The notes under the pieces: model-generated | The model's database searches: none | What the model was told of the DNA's origin: nothing | Seen by the model: only the letters and a program-made list of their open reading frames with translations | Part shown: one piece after another, positions 19,696-28,446 of the stretch | How the letters are laid out: the number at the start of each line of letters is the position of its first letter | How positions within the stretch are numbered: position 1 is the stretch's first letter | Position numbers and translations under genes: made by a program | Assembly (NCBI GenBank): GCA_964590105.1 | Contig: CAZPYM010000002.1 | Span: forward strand, 154,697 to 218,696 | DNA: 64,000 nt | Reading direction: 5' to 3' | Origin: an uncultured Gammaproteobacteria bacterium | Lineage (GTDB): Bacteria > Patescibacteriota > Patescibacteriia > UBA11705 > JABHMO01

Positions 19696-20892
19696 TTATA
19701 TCACCTGATTCTTGCGAAGAATTGATAAAATGATTATTCCGGACGCAAGAGTTGTAAACGCTAAAACTGTCAGAGCCTCGCCAAGTGTATAAATATCGGC
19801 AATCCAGCCAATGACCGGGATGATTATCGCATACAACAATCTGCCGATAAAACTTTCTGCGGATAAAATAGTCGCTCTTATACCAGAGGTTGTCAGTTGG
19901 TTTATATAATCCGTCACGACTGCGTTTTTGAATCCCCTGACAAATTGCTGAATAAAACAGAACGAAAAACTGAAAAGAAAAACAAAATTGCTCATCAAGA
20001 AGTAACTTCCCGCGACAAGAAATATCAACATGGCCAGAGAATACTTTTGGCCAAGTTTCGCCTCAATTCTGTGCGCGTACTTTGATGAAAAAGCGGCGAC
20101 GATCTGGAATCCCGCGAAGACAAAACCAAAGTAAGCAATATCTAATCCTGAAAACTTGAAATACGGCTGATATAGCCACAAAGCTGATTGGTTGAACGCA
20201 TAAATAATTCCGGAATAGATAATGATCCACCTCAATTTTTTGTTTTCCGTAAGCGTGACTTTTATTACTTTTAATAATTCCCTGGCGTAACCTCGGTCAA
20301 AAATCAGTTTATGTCTTTTGGGTTCCTGCATTGAAAAGGTTAATGGAATCATTAGGGCAAAAAACGGGATTGAAGCATAAAGCGTGTATCTTAAATCTAT
20401 TTTTGCAATAAAACCACCGAGAACGCTTGATAATGCCAAGGCAATCATTCCGTAAAAAAGCGCATTACCCCATATCTTTTTGTAATTTTTTTCTTGGCCG
20501 AGATCTTGCAGGGTATCATAAACAAAGGCGGAGGCTGTTCCCGAGGTAAAAGAAACAGTCAAGGCAAAAAATATTTCCGCAATTAGAAATTGGAAAAAGT
20601 TGTGCCCGAGACTGTAGATGGCGATAGCGATCAAACCGGTTGCCGCCGCGATAATTAGAGTTTTTTTTCTGCCATAAACGTCGGCGAAATAGCCCGTTGG
20701 AATTTCAAGAATTACCGCGCAAATTGCAAAAATTGATTGCAAAATCATTACTTCTGTCAGAGACAAGCCGTTTTCCTGCCAGAATAGAACCATTATGGGT
20801 ACAGAAAAAAACATTCCCGCTAGAACCTTGTGCAAGTAAAATTTCCAAATGTTATTTTGCAGTTTATTTTTCTTTGCTTCCGGGTTATTCAT
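19696..20892 (-). CDS. MFS transporter
   Basis: EIPTGYFADVYGRKKTL (motif A), SGTASAFVYD, about 12 TMs. Confidence 0.93.
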   Translation of the reverse strand: MNNPEAKKNKLQNNIWKFYLHKVLAGMFFSVPIMVLFWQENGLSLTEVMILQSIFAICAVILEIPTGYFADVYGRKKTLIIAAATGLIAIAIYSLGHNFFQFLIAEIFFALTVSFTSGTASAFVYDTLQDLGQEKNYKKIWGNALFYGMIALALSSVLGGFIAKIDLRYTLYASIPFFALMIPLTFSMQEPKRHKLIFDRGYARELLKVIKVTLTENKKLRWIIIYSGIIYAFNQSALWLYQPYFKFSGLDIAYFGFVFAGFQIVAAFSSKYAHRIEAKLGQKYSLAMLIFLVAGSYFLMSNFVFLFSFSFCFIQQFVRGFKNAVVTDYINQLTTSGIRATILSAESFIGRLLYAIIIPVIGWIADIYTLGEALTVLAFTTLASGIIILSILRKNQVI

Positions 20893-21415
20893 AAAGTGCA
20901 ATTTCTTTTTTAATTTGCTCAGCAATAATTTCAGGATTGTCATGTGAAAAAACAGTTATATCGCCAAGCCCTTTGTAGCTGTGAAATCGTTGAGTGAATT
21001 TTATTTTTTCCTTGTCTTCCGCTAGGCCGAAGCCTCTTGAAAGTTGTCTTTTGATCACAATCCGGAGACTTTCATCAAGAGACTCAGATGGTAGGAGCAA
21101 GATTGAAAAACCTGACTCTTTTAAGGTTTGTCTATGTTTTGAGGTTAATTTGTCAAGACCCTCATGGACTAAAAATCCGGAGGATAGAGCGAAAACAAAA
21201 TTTTTATAATTTTCGCTTAGAACCTTGTAAAATAGTTGAGAATTCTCAACGCAATATTTTTCATAACCATTATTATTTATGAAGGTGCCGACATTTTCAA
21301 CGCGATTGCAAAATTCGGCATCCAGGTCAATAAAATTATAGCCCAGCAATTTCGCTAAAATTATGCCGCAGGTCGTTTTGCCGACTCCGCCGGGGCCGAT
21401 TAAGAATATTTTCAT
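20885..21415 (-). CDS. Shikimate kinase-like P-loop kinase
   Basis: MKIFLIGPGGVGKTTCG...LGYNFIDLD. Confidence 0.85.
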   Translation of the reverse strand: MKIFLIGPGGVGKTTCGIILAKLLGYNFIDLDAEFCNRVENVGTFINNNGYEKYCVENSQLFYKVLSENYKNFVFALSSGFLVHEGLDKLTSKHRQTLKESGFSILLLPSESLDESLRIVIKRQLSRGFGLAEDKEKIKFTQRFHSYKGLGDITVFSHDNPEIIAEQIKKEIALYE

Positions 21416-21441
21416 AGAAAAATTACAAATTACAGATCCCC

Positions 21442-21479
21442 TCAAAACAACACCCGCGCTCGGAGTGTTGTTTTTTGTT
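21442..21479. repeat. Terminator-like hairpin, family T2 copy 3
   Basis: tcaaaacaacacccgcgctcggagtgttgttttttgtt. Confidence 0.85.
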
Positions 21480-21497
21480 GAGTATAATTCGGCGCCG

Positions 21498-22190
21498 CTA
21501 AGCCGTTACCTTTTTCATATAGGCCAACCAAAAATTTCTTTTGTAGCTTTGTCCTTTGAATCTGGTATAGCTGGTTTTTTTCAGTAGTTTGATAATTTTA
21601 AAATATTTTGAATAAAGATTAATAAAATCCTGCCCAATAAAAACTCTTTCAATTAAATGCATATCTTCATTAACGTAAGTATCAGGCTCCGGTCCGGGGT
21701 TAATTTTGAGTAATGCTTTGGCGTTTTTGTCGCCTTCTTTGCACAAAGCTTTCACAAAAAAATAGCCGTTTTCTTTTAATACTCTATGCGTCTCAGATAA
21801 ATATATATACCTCTCTTTTTCATTTAATGAATTGGAAGAGGTGACGTCGAGCGCCAGATCAAATGTTGCGTCTTCAAACGGATATTCTGATCCGATATTA
21901 TGAAGTTTATAATCGACTTTAATTTCCAGCTCTTTGGCTCGGGATATTGCAAGGCCAATTGCCGTCTGGGATATTTCCAGGCCGGCAACTTTGTTGCCCA
22001 GTTCTGCTAAATAATTGGCATTTCGGCCGGTGCCGCACCCCAGATCCAGTATTGCCAGGTTTTCCGGTTTAATGTTTTCCTGCTTTTTTAAGAATTTCAA
22101 AAAGCGCAGTACATCCTTTTGCGGATTGCCTTCTTTTGTGACCAATTGTGGTCTTTGATATTCGTTTTCCCAGGCAGCGGTTTGAGGCAT
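21498..22190 (-). CDS. Class I SAM-dependent methyltransferase
   Basis: ILDLGCGTGRNA, GLEIS, PFEDATFD and HRVLKENG. Confidence 0.93.
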   Translation of the reverse strand: MPQTAAWENEYQRPQLVTKEGNPQKDVLRFLKFLKKQENIKPENLAILDLGCGTGRNANYLAELGNKVAGLEISQTAIGLAISRAKELEIKVDYKLHNIGSEYPFEDATFDLALDVTSSNSLNEKERYIYLSETHRVLKENGYFFVKALCKEGDKNAKALLKINPGPEPDTYVNEDMHLIERVFIGQDFINLYSKYFKIIKLLKKTSYTRFKGQSYKRNFWLAYMKKVTA

Positions 22191-22224
22191 AAGTTATACG
22201 CTGTTGCGTGTTGTTATAAAATAA

Positions 22225-22872
22225 TTAATTTGAAGCTTTGGCCGGGTTAACTTTTATTTCGGCAGAACCATTGCCTATTTTTTTGTAGCCTGCCGGAAAG
22301 GTATCTGTATCCAGTTCCATTCCGGTCACGCAATCAATCCCTAGCCCATAACATGAATGAGTCTTTTTCATCTCGCGTTCCAACAACTCCTGCCGGTTTC
22401 TTTCCGTATAGTGTGGCTCAATGATGGTGTCTTTAATAATTCCTAACCCCCTGCGAAGAGTACTCTTGCCCTGGCCACTTGTCGATCGAAAATGAGTAGC
22501 CAGTACCTTGCCCCCTGCCGACTCTCCAATAATATATTGGGCATTCCGGATTAACTTTACCAGTTGTGGATTTGATTGGATTTTTTTTAGTAGATTTGCG
22601 CTGTTGCTTCCACCGCTAATAAAAATTAGTGGTGATTGGGCCTTGGCAATATCTTCTGTGTTTTGAGCATTAAGGTAATCTGCGCCTTTCAGATGAATGT
22701 ACTTATTGAACCAATCTCCCCGCCATTCAATATCACTTGATTCTGTTCTCGCGAAGGGGATATGCAGAATTTGTTTTGCTTTTAACTGCAGCATCACTTC
22801 TTCAATAAGTTTGAGTAGCGGTTCCACCTGACCTCGATTTACTTCCGCTCCCCCAAAGAGAAAAATTTTCAT
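22225..22872 (-). CDS. Peptidase S51 (peptidase E-like)
   Basis: IPFA, IFISGGS, GESAGG nucleophile and EPHY. Confidence 0.85.
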   Translation of the reverse strand: MKIFLFGGAEVNRGQVEPLLKLIEEVMLQLKAKQILHIPFARTESSDIEWRGDWFNKYIHLKGADYLNAQNTEDIAKAQSPLIFISGGSNSANLLKKIQSNPQLVKLIRNAQYIIGESAGGKVLATHFRSTSGQGKSTLRRGLGIIKDTIIEPHYTERNRQELLEREMKKTHSCYGLGIDCVTGMELDTDTFPAGYKKIGNGSAEIKVNPAKASN

Positions 22873-22911
22873 GGTTTTTACTGATTATTATTATTATTGT
22901 TTTGTTACGAC

Positions 22912-22934
22912 GCACAACTTGGTATTAGGCGAAA
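22912..22934 (-). mobile_element. attI-like simple site
   Basis: Minus strand TTTCGCCTAAT-ACCAA-GTTGTGC resembles the attI1 core GCCCTAAA-ACAAA-GTTRRRY. Confidence 0.4.
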
Positions 22935-22985
22935 GTGAGCGGAACAGAGTGGAGCGAAAGCGTAGCGTCCCCTTGAGGAGCTCTT

Positions 22986-23552
22986 TCAAAATTCAGCGAT
23001 AATCCAAAAACCGCCCCTTTTTCTTTTTTGATGATATCCAATCTTCATTGATTCGAGAAGTTTATTGAGTTTTACAGCTCTGATTTTTGGTTTATCTATT
23101 TTAGGATCAACCAAAGTAATATCATCATTCTTTATTGATTGGATCAATGACAAATGACCATGACCTTGTCCGTATAAAATTCTATTGTTAATACAAACCA
23201 TTATATCATTACCTTTCTTCAAGTTATCCATAATAAATTCCTTCGAATTTTCAACTTTTTCAACAGGATAATATGTTTCTTTTAGTTTAATATTATTCTT
23301 CAAAAATAATTTATTTATTGAATATTTTTCTTTATGGGTTTGCGTTCCATATTCTTCGTCTGGATCATCTTTAACAATAGCTTTTGTGAATAAATGGGCA
23401 TTTTTTGAAGAAACAACTAAACCCAATTGATTGCCAATTTCTTCTTGTGAGCCATGATCAATTTTTCTTCTATCTAAAATCATGGTTAAGCATGCTGGAC
23501 AACAGCAATGAGGCAATTGAGTAATTGGTTTATAGGGAGGTTTCTGGTCCAT
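22986..23552 (-). CDS. Peptidase C39-like (papain-fold) protein
   Basis: QLPHCCCPACL, GHLSLI and LVDP give a Cys-His-Asp pattern; AT-rich. Confidence 0.75.
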   Translation of the reverse strand: MDQKPPYKPITQLPHCCCPACLTMILDRRKIDHGSQEEIGNQLGLVVSSKNAHLFTKAIVKDDPDEEYGTQTHKEKYSINKLFLKNNIKLKETYYPVEKVENSKEFIMDNLKKGNDIMVCINNRILYGQGHGHLSLIQSIKNDDITLVDPKIDKPKIRAVKLNKLLESMKIGYHQKRKRGGFWIIAEF

Positions 23553-23794
23553 AGAATTGAATATATTAATGGAAAGTTATAAATTTTTTGATTCGTTTTC
23601 TTATTGTAATTCATAAAAAGAAAAGGTAAAAATTTGGGTGGAGTAAACGAGGAAACTTAACTAATTTACCTTGTATTAAAGTCTTTTTTCAATTTTTTTC
23701 GTCGCCGAGCTTGACATATTGTTGGAATCTGTTATACTAAAAAGTTAGCAATTGTGCTGACAACCTTGTTAACGTTGTAGCAAGGGAGGGTAAG

Positions 23795-24226
23795 ATGGCA
23801 AAAGTGTCAGTAGAACGACGCGTCGAGCAGGTTTACAACGGCAGACACTACAAGGGCTACGTAAAGGTCGCCGATAGCAAATTCGACTATGAGCTCGTGT
23901 TCGGAGTTCCGATCGACAAAATGAAGCCGGTCAAGGATGAAAACGAGGTTCGCCGTCTCTTCCAGATCACGGTGAAGCGCGGTAACGTGAACATCGAGCT
24001 TACGAAGGAGGAATACGGCTTCTTTTTCTCGATGGTCGTGGAGTTGGCGGTAAAATTCTACAACAACCCGCAAACCAGAGTGATGGGTATGCTGGTTCAG
24101 GACAGAGGTCCGATGGCTGCCTTTGGTGCTTCCTGTTCGATCTGCATGACGAATAGCGGGTTGTGCGATTTTCCGTCGGAGCTTTGCGAGATGCTGAGTG
24201 CACCGAAGTTTGGTTGTACGTTCTAA
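23795..24226 (+). CDS. Hypothetical protein
   Basis: TTGACA-16-TATACT (23711-23738), AAGGGAGGG SD, terminator near 24249-24286. Confidence 0.75.
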   Translation: MAKVSVERRVEQVYNGRHYKGYVKVADSKFDYELVFGVPIDKMKPVKDENEVRRLFQITVKRGNVNIELTKEEYGFFFSMVVELAVKFYNNPQTRVMGMLVQDRGPMAAFGASCSICMTNSGLCDFPSELCEMLSAPKFGCTF

Positions 24227-24314
24227 GCAAGGAAATACCTTGCGCCCGAGCCCCTTGCGAAACACGTTTTCGCTTGGGGCTTTTTTCTTAAAAAAAGAAT
24301 TATTTAATTTTTTT

Positions 24315-24390
24315 CTTTTGCGGATTGCCTTCTTTTGTGACCAATTGGGGTCTTTGATATTCGTTTTCCCAGGCGGCGGTTTGGGGCATA
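24315..24390 (-). pseudogene. Duplicated 5' fragment of the methyltransferase gene
   Basis: 73/76 nt identical to 22116-22191; encodes MPQTAAWENEYQRPQLVTKEGNPQK and then stops after 4 more codons. Confidence 0.9.
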
Positions 24391-24440
24391 TAAGAACATT
24401 GCAATAATTTTTTATTTTTACGGCGGCGTTTCTCTTTTCG

Positions 24441-25061
24441 CTAGTTACTCACAATTTTAAAACTATTTTCCTTGACTACTACAGCTTGATTGTCCGAAAT
24501 TTTAATTACCTTGTATTTATAGTTTTGACGGTTCTGCAGGTTTTTATCAATTTTATCTTTGAAATTTTTGTCATCATAATGGGGCAAGACAACAAAATCA
24601 ACTAGTGCCAGACCATCATAAGATTTTAATTCAGGAGCTTCTTCTTGATTATCAATGTCTTTTGCTAATTCGGTACTCGGTCCCGCCAGAAGTGTGCCGG
24701 CGCTCGAACCGATATATGTGCCCCCTTTTCCTACAAAGGAAGTTACTATTTCATCAAAACCTGATTTCCTGGTCTCTTGTAATAAATAAAAAGTATTGCC
24801 TCCTGCCACAAAAATAATATCAACACCGGTTATTTCTTTTGAAAGTTGATTCTTTGTTTTGCCTTCCAAGTTGACGTCAATGACTTTAAACCCCAAGTCA
24901 ATCAGTTTGTCTCGGTCTGCCGTTACGAACCAGTTGTCCTTCAGTACATTTCCGGCAGTTGGGATGAAAGCGACCGTTAATTTGGCAGGAGGACAATCAA
25001 GCGATTCTACAAGTTTATTCAATGTGTTTCTGGCAACGGAAGCAAGGAAAAGATTTATCAT
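24441..25061 (-). CDS. Peptidase S51 (peptidase E-like), second cassette gene
   Basis: AFIPTA, IFVAGGNTFYL, YIGSSAG and LPHY; start at ATG 25061, downstream of the attC. Confidence 0.9.
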   Translation of the reverse strand: MINLFLASVARNTLNKLVESLDCPPAKLTVAFIPTAGNVLKDNWFVTADRDKLIDLGFKVIDVNLEGKTKNQLSKEITGVDIIFVAGGNTFYLLQETRKSGFDEIVTSFVGKGGTYIGSSAGTLLAGPSTELAKDIDNQEEAPELKSYDGLALVDFVVLPHYDDKNFKDKIDKNLQNRQNYKYKVIKISDNQAVVVKENSFKIVSN

Positions 25062-25100
25062 AATGGTCGTACAATAGAGTATGAGATGTAAACGAATTTC

Positions 25101-25225
25101 GTCTAACGTTTCGGCATATACGATGTTGCACGGGTGTATAATAGCCGACAGGCTACACCCGTGCAATATGGGCGGAGGTTTGCGGAGGTACGGAGCAAAC
25201 CGTAGCCGTATATGCCGTGTTATAT
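25101..25225 (-). mobile_element. Integron attC recombination site
   Basis: Minus strand: R'' ATATAAC, CGGCATATACG/CGTATATGCCG arms, inner TTGCACGGGTGTA/TACACCCGTGCAA hairpin, R' GTTAGAC (GTTRRRY); 125 bp, just after a stop codon. Confidence 0.85.
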
Positions 25226-25242
25226 GATGTGCCATTAAATTT

Positions 25243-26337
25243 TTATCTTCCTCTTATCGTTTCATTTATATTCCTTTTTTGCAAAAAACCCCAAACTTTC
25301 TCTGCATAATCCCTTTTTTGTTCAGGAGTAGCATTTTTAATGTATAAAATCCTGTTGCCGATATTTCCGTTTAAAACCATTGTAAAAAAAGCAACAAAAT
25401 CATCATGGGTTGGGTGAGTTTTTTGAATTTCACCGATTACTTTTTTATCATCTGCTGTTTGCATTTCTTCCAGTTCAAGAAGACCCTCAACCCTGTCATA
25501 AAAGCTTTCAAGGACTTTATTTTCCCCATATATTTCAGTTTCAAGCTGGTGTGTAGCTTCGGAGGCTTCTTGATCGACCGCGATGCCAGTCGTATCAAAC
25601 TCTTTGTTTCCGTTCAATGCCGCTGCTACATTGCCTAAATATTGACGGCCAACAGCTTCTTTTGCTGGCATTGCAACAAAGTGAGAAAAAGTTGTATTCA
25701 CACCGTCGGCAAAATCTGCCTCTCTTGGGGTATATTCTTTGAGGCTACATTCAGTGGATGTTTCTGTGCCTTGATATCCTTCTAATGCTGTCCTTGGGAA
25801 TGTAAAAAAGAGATTATTGTTAGCGTCAAAATATGCCAGTGTGTCAGGCGACTGTTCTATAACTAAAAAAGCATGACCGGGCGCAGAAACAGCTACATGA
25901 TCAATCCCGTGTTCTTGTAAGAAAGTAGAGGCTATTAAAATTCTACCAGCACATTCTAGTTTCCCTTGCCTCATTGACTTAATCAATACTCCGTCCTTTG
26001 GTACATTTGGATCAGTCTGCTCCTCGTCCGAATCTCTTTTTAGTACTTTGAATAATTCGTGTGGCAGATTTTGCTGGTCAATTCCTTCAAGCTTTTTCTC
26101 AATTTGTTGGTATCGAGGCAATGATTTTGTTGCTTTTTTTAATTTTTCATTAAAATTATCTAGGTTCTCAGTTGATTCAATTTCAAGAGTATCCAAAACT
26201 GTGCTTTCAGTTTGTTTTCTTTTCTCTGGTGAGATTTCTTTTTGTACAACAGGTTGCTCAGCTTTTGGAATATCGGCAATAGGATTTTTTATTTGCTGTT
26301 CTGCTGTATCGGGATTTTTTGCATCTTCAATACCCAT
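25243..26337 (-). CDS. Cassette-borne hypothetical protein with transglutaminase-like Cys-His-Asp motifs
   Basis: LECAG, PGHAF and YFDANN; bounded by matching cassette ends. Confidence 0.75.
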   Translation of the reverse strand: MGIEDAKNPDTAEQQIKNPIADIPKAEQPVVQKEISPEKRKQTESTVLDTLEIESTENLDNFNEKLKKATKSLPRYQQIEKKLEGIDQQNLPHELFKVLKRDSDEEQTDPNVPKDGVLIKSMRQGKLECAGRILIASTFLQEHGIDHVAVSAPGHAFLVIEQSPDTLAYFDANNNLFFTFPRTALEGYQGTETSTECSLKEYTPREADFADGVNTTFSHFVAMPAKEAVGRQYLGNVAAALNGNKEFDTTGIAVDQEASEATHQLETEIYGENKVLESFYDRVEGLLELEEMQTADDKKVIGEIQKTHPTHDDFVAFFTMVLNGNIGNRILYIKNATPEQKRDYAEKVWGFLQKRNINETIRGR

Positions 26338-26402
26338 ATTGATTGATTAAATCTGATAATTATATCATTTTTTGCTAAATAGAGCCATAAAAATTTAATG
26401 GC

Positions 26403-26430
26403 ATTTCATATAACTTCTTTTATGCGAACA
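26403..26430 (-). mobile_element. dif-like / attI-like 28-bp site at the head of the cassette array
   Basis: TGTTCGCATAA-AAGAAG-TTATATGAAAT vs E. coli dif GGTGCGCATAA-TGTATA-TTATGTTAAAT (9/11 in each arm). Confidence 0.6.
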
Positions 26431-26593
26431 GGGTGAGTTCTGCGCTAAAAAAACACGTGTCCTCCGAAGCCTTGGCGAAGGGGGAATAAATAATTTGGTT
26501 ATCTTTATTCCAATAGTACCTTATGAGATTGGTTTAGTAAAGGCACAAAAAAACACCCGAAAGGGTGTTTTTGTATTGAATTAATCAAGGTTA

Positions 26594-27634
26594 TTATTGA
26601 TAAGCAGCGTTTTCTTCTTTTCTCTTTTGCGTCACCGCCGTCCAGATTTCCTTTTTTATTTTATCCATAAGCTTTGGGTTTTGCCGCAGATAGAGCTTGG
26701 CGGTTTCTCGGCCAACGCCCAGTTTTTCTTCGCCGTAAGAATATGAATTGCCGGCCTTGTCAATAATATCGTATTTCAGTCCGGTATCAATAACATCGCC
26801 GGAAATTGAAATGCCTTCATTATACATGATGTCAAATTCGCAGGCCTGAAACGGAGCGGCGACTTTGTTTTTTACCACTTTTGCCTTGACGCGGTTGCCG
26901 ATGGTGACTTCGCCTTTTTTAATCTGCGCGGCCCGGCGAACTTCAATCCTGACAGAGCTATAAAATTTGAGTGCCATGCCGCCGGTGGTTGTTTCCGGAT
27001 TGCCGAAAAATACGCCGATCTTTTGTCTAGTCTGATTGATAAATATTACTGTTGTCTTGGTTTTGCCGACAATGGCGGCCAGTTTTCGGAGCGCCTGGCT
27101 CATTAATCTGGCTTGAAGCCCCATGTGGCGGTCGCCCATTTCGCCTTCAATTTCAGCCTTTGGCGTTAAGGCGGCGACTGAATCAATTACGATTATATCC
27201 ATAGCGTTCGAGCGGACCAAAGTTTCAACTATTTCGAGCGCCTGCTCGCCGGTGTCCGGCTGGGAAATAAACATTTGATTGATGTCAATGCCGATTTTTT
27301 TGGAATAATCAGGATCAAGCGCGTGTTCGGCGTCAATAAAAGCGGCCGTACCCCCAGCTTTTTGCACTTCAGCTACAATATGCTGGGAAAGGGTTGTTTT
27401 GCCGGACGATTCTGGCCCATAGATTTCAATAATTCTACCGCGCGGCACGCCGCCGACTCCGAGCGCAATATCAAGAGAGATACTGCCGGTGGGAATAGCT
27501 TCCACGTTCATAGCTTGGGCTTCCCCCAGTCTCATAATGGCGCCGTCCCCGAATTTTTCCCTTATTTGCATAATCGCGTCTTCGGTGGCCTTGACTTTTT
27601 GGGTCTGTTCGTTTTCAGGCTGATTTTTTGACAT
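26594..27634 (-). CDS. recA: Recombinase RecA
   Basis: [21 protein letters not shown] and [11 protein letters not shown]. Confidence 0.99.
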   Translation of the reverse strand: MSKNQPENEQTQKVKATEDAIMQIREKFGDGAIMRLGEAQAMNVEAIPTGSISLDIALGVGGVPRGRIIEIYGPESSGKTTLSQHIVAEVQKAGGTAAFIDAEHALDPDYSKKIGIDINQMFISQPDTGEQALEIVETLVRSNAMDIIVIDSVAALTPKAEIEGEMGDRHMGLQARLMSQALRKLAAIVGKTKTTVIFINQTRQKIGVFFGNPETTTGGMALKFYSSVRIEVRRAAQIKKGEVTIGNRVKAKVVKNKVAAPFQACEFDIMYNEGISISGDVIDTGLKYDIIDKAGNSYSYGEEKLGVGRETAKLYLRQNPKLMDKIKKEIWTAVTQKRKEENAAYQ

Positions 27635-27710
27635 ATTTGCTTTTCAGAAAATTAAGCATGGAACCTTTTCTGAAAAATTAATTGAGTATTGTTTTTTAGA
27701 AAAACCAGGA

Positions 27711-28409
27711 TTATTGAGCTTCTTCCGAAACAATCACTTGCCGATAGGCCACCTGTTCCTTGCTGTGTTTCTTCTGCGCTGATATTTTAATGATATTTAA
27801 ACCTTTTTGCAAATCAATGATTAGAGTGAAATTGCCCTGGTCGTCACTGAGTAGCGGGCGGTTGTTTATTTCGAGGCGCACTTCTTTTTCGGTTTGGCCT
27901 TGTATTTTTATCTGATGTTCGCTGGTAACAAAATTATCCGAAGGCGAAATGATGATCAATTCAGGCGGAGAAATTATTTTGTTCACTTCGAGGCCGATGT
28001 AGACGAAAACCGACAGGAGAATCAGGAAGATAATAAAATATTTAATGGTCCTGGGATTTAAAAATCGGTTCATTAATTGGTAAAAAGCAGATATGGTGTT
28101 TTTTTCTTTTTGTTTCTGTGTTTTGTAAAACAGATTTTTTTCTTTTTCGTACAGATCCATGACTGTGGCCGGATTGAGTCCAAGCAGATTGGCGTAGCTT
28201 TTTAAAATGTTTGCCGCATAGACATCGGCCGGCATTGATTGGTAATTATCAGCCTCCAGATAAGTCAGGTAGCGGACATTGATATTTATCATTTTGGCGG
28301 CTTTTTCTTTTGACAGTCCGATGCTATGCCGATGGTGCCGCAGTTTTTCTCCAAGGGTTTGAATGGTATTAATTTTTTTGCTGATAAATCCGGTCATAAA
28401 CAGTGGCAA
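27711..28409 (-). CDS. RodZ-like HTH protein with TM and Ig-like C-terminal domain
   Basis: TLGEKLR...YLTYLE...MPADVY...LKSYANLLGL; adjacent to ftsK; exact start uncertain. Confidence 0.8.
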   Translation of the reverse strand: MPLFMTGFISKKINTIQTLGEKLRHHRHSIGLSKEKAAKMININVRYLTYLEADNYQSMPADVYAANILKSYANLLGLNPATVMDLYEKEKNLFYKTQKQKEKNTISAFYQLMNRFLNPRTIKYFIIFLILLSVFVYIGLEVNKIISPPELIIISPSDNFVTSEHQIKIQGQTEKEVRLEINNRPLLSDDQGNFTLIIDLQKGLNIIKISAQKKHSKEQVAYRQVIVSEEAQ

Positions 28410-28446
28410 TCTATTTTATGCTTTTGTCTTTTGAAAACGCAAAGTC

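Noticed and set aside
19310-21479. CRISPR array from the ~33-nt repeats
   Set aside because: Spacings of about 0.3 and 1.75 kb contain whole genes, and there are no cas genes.
24441-25235. N-terminal extension (MAHHITRH...) of the peptidase ORF
   Set aside because: It is read-through across the attC site; the family-like sequence starts at ATG 25061.
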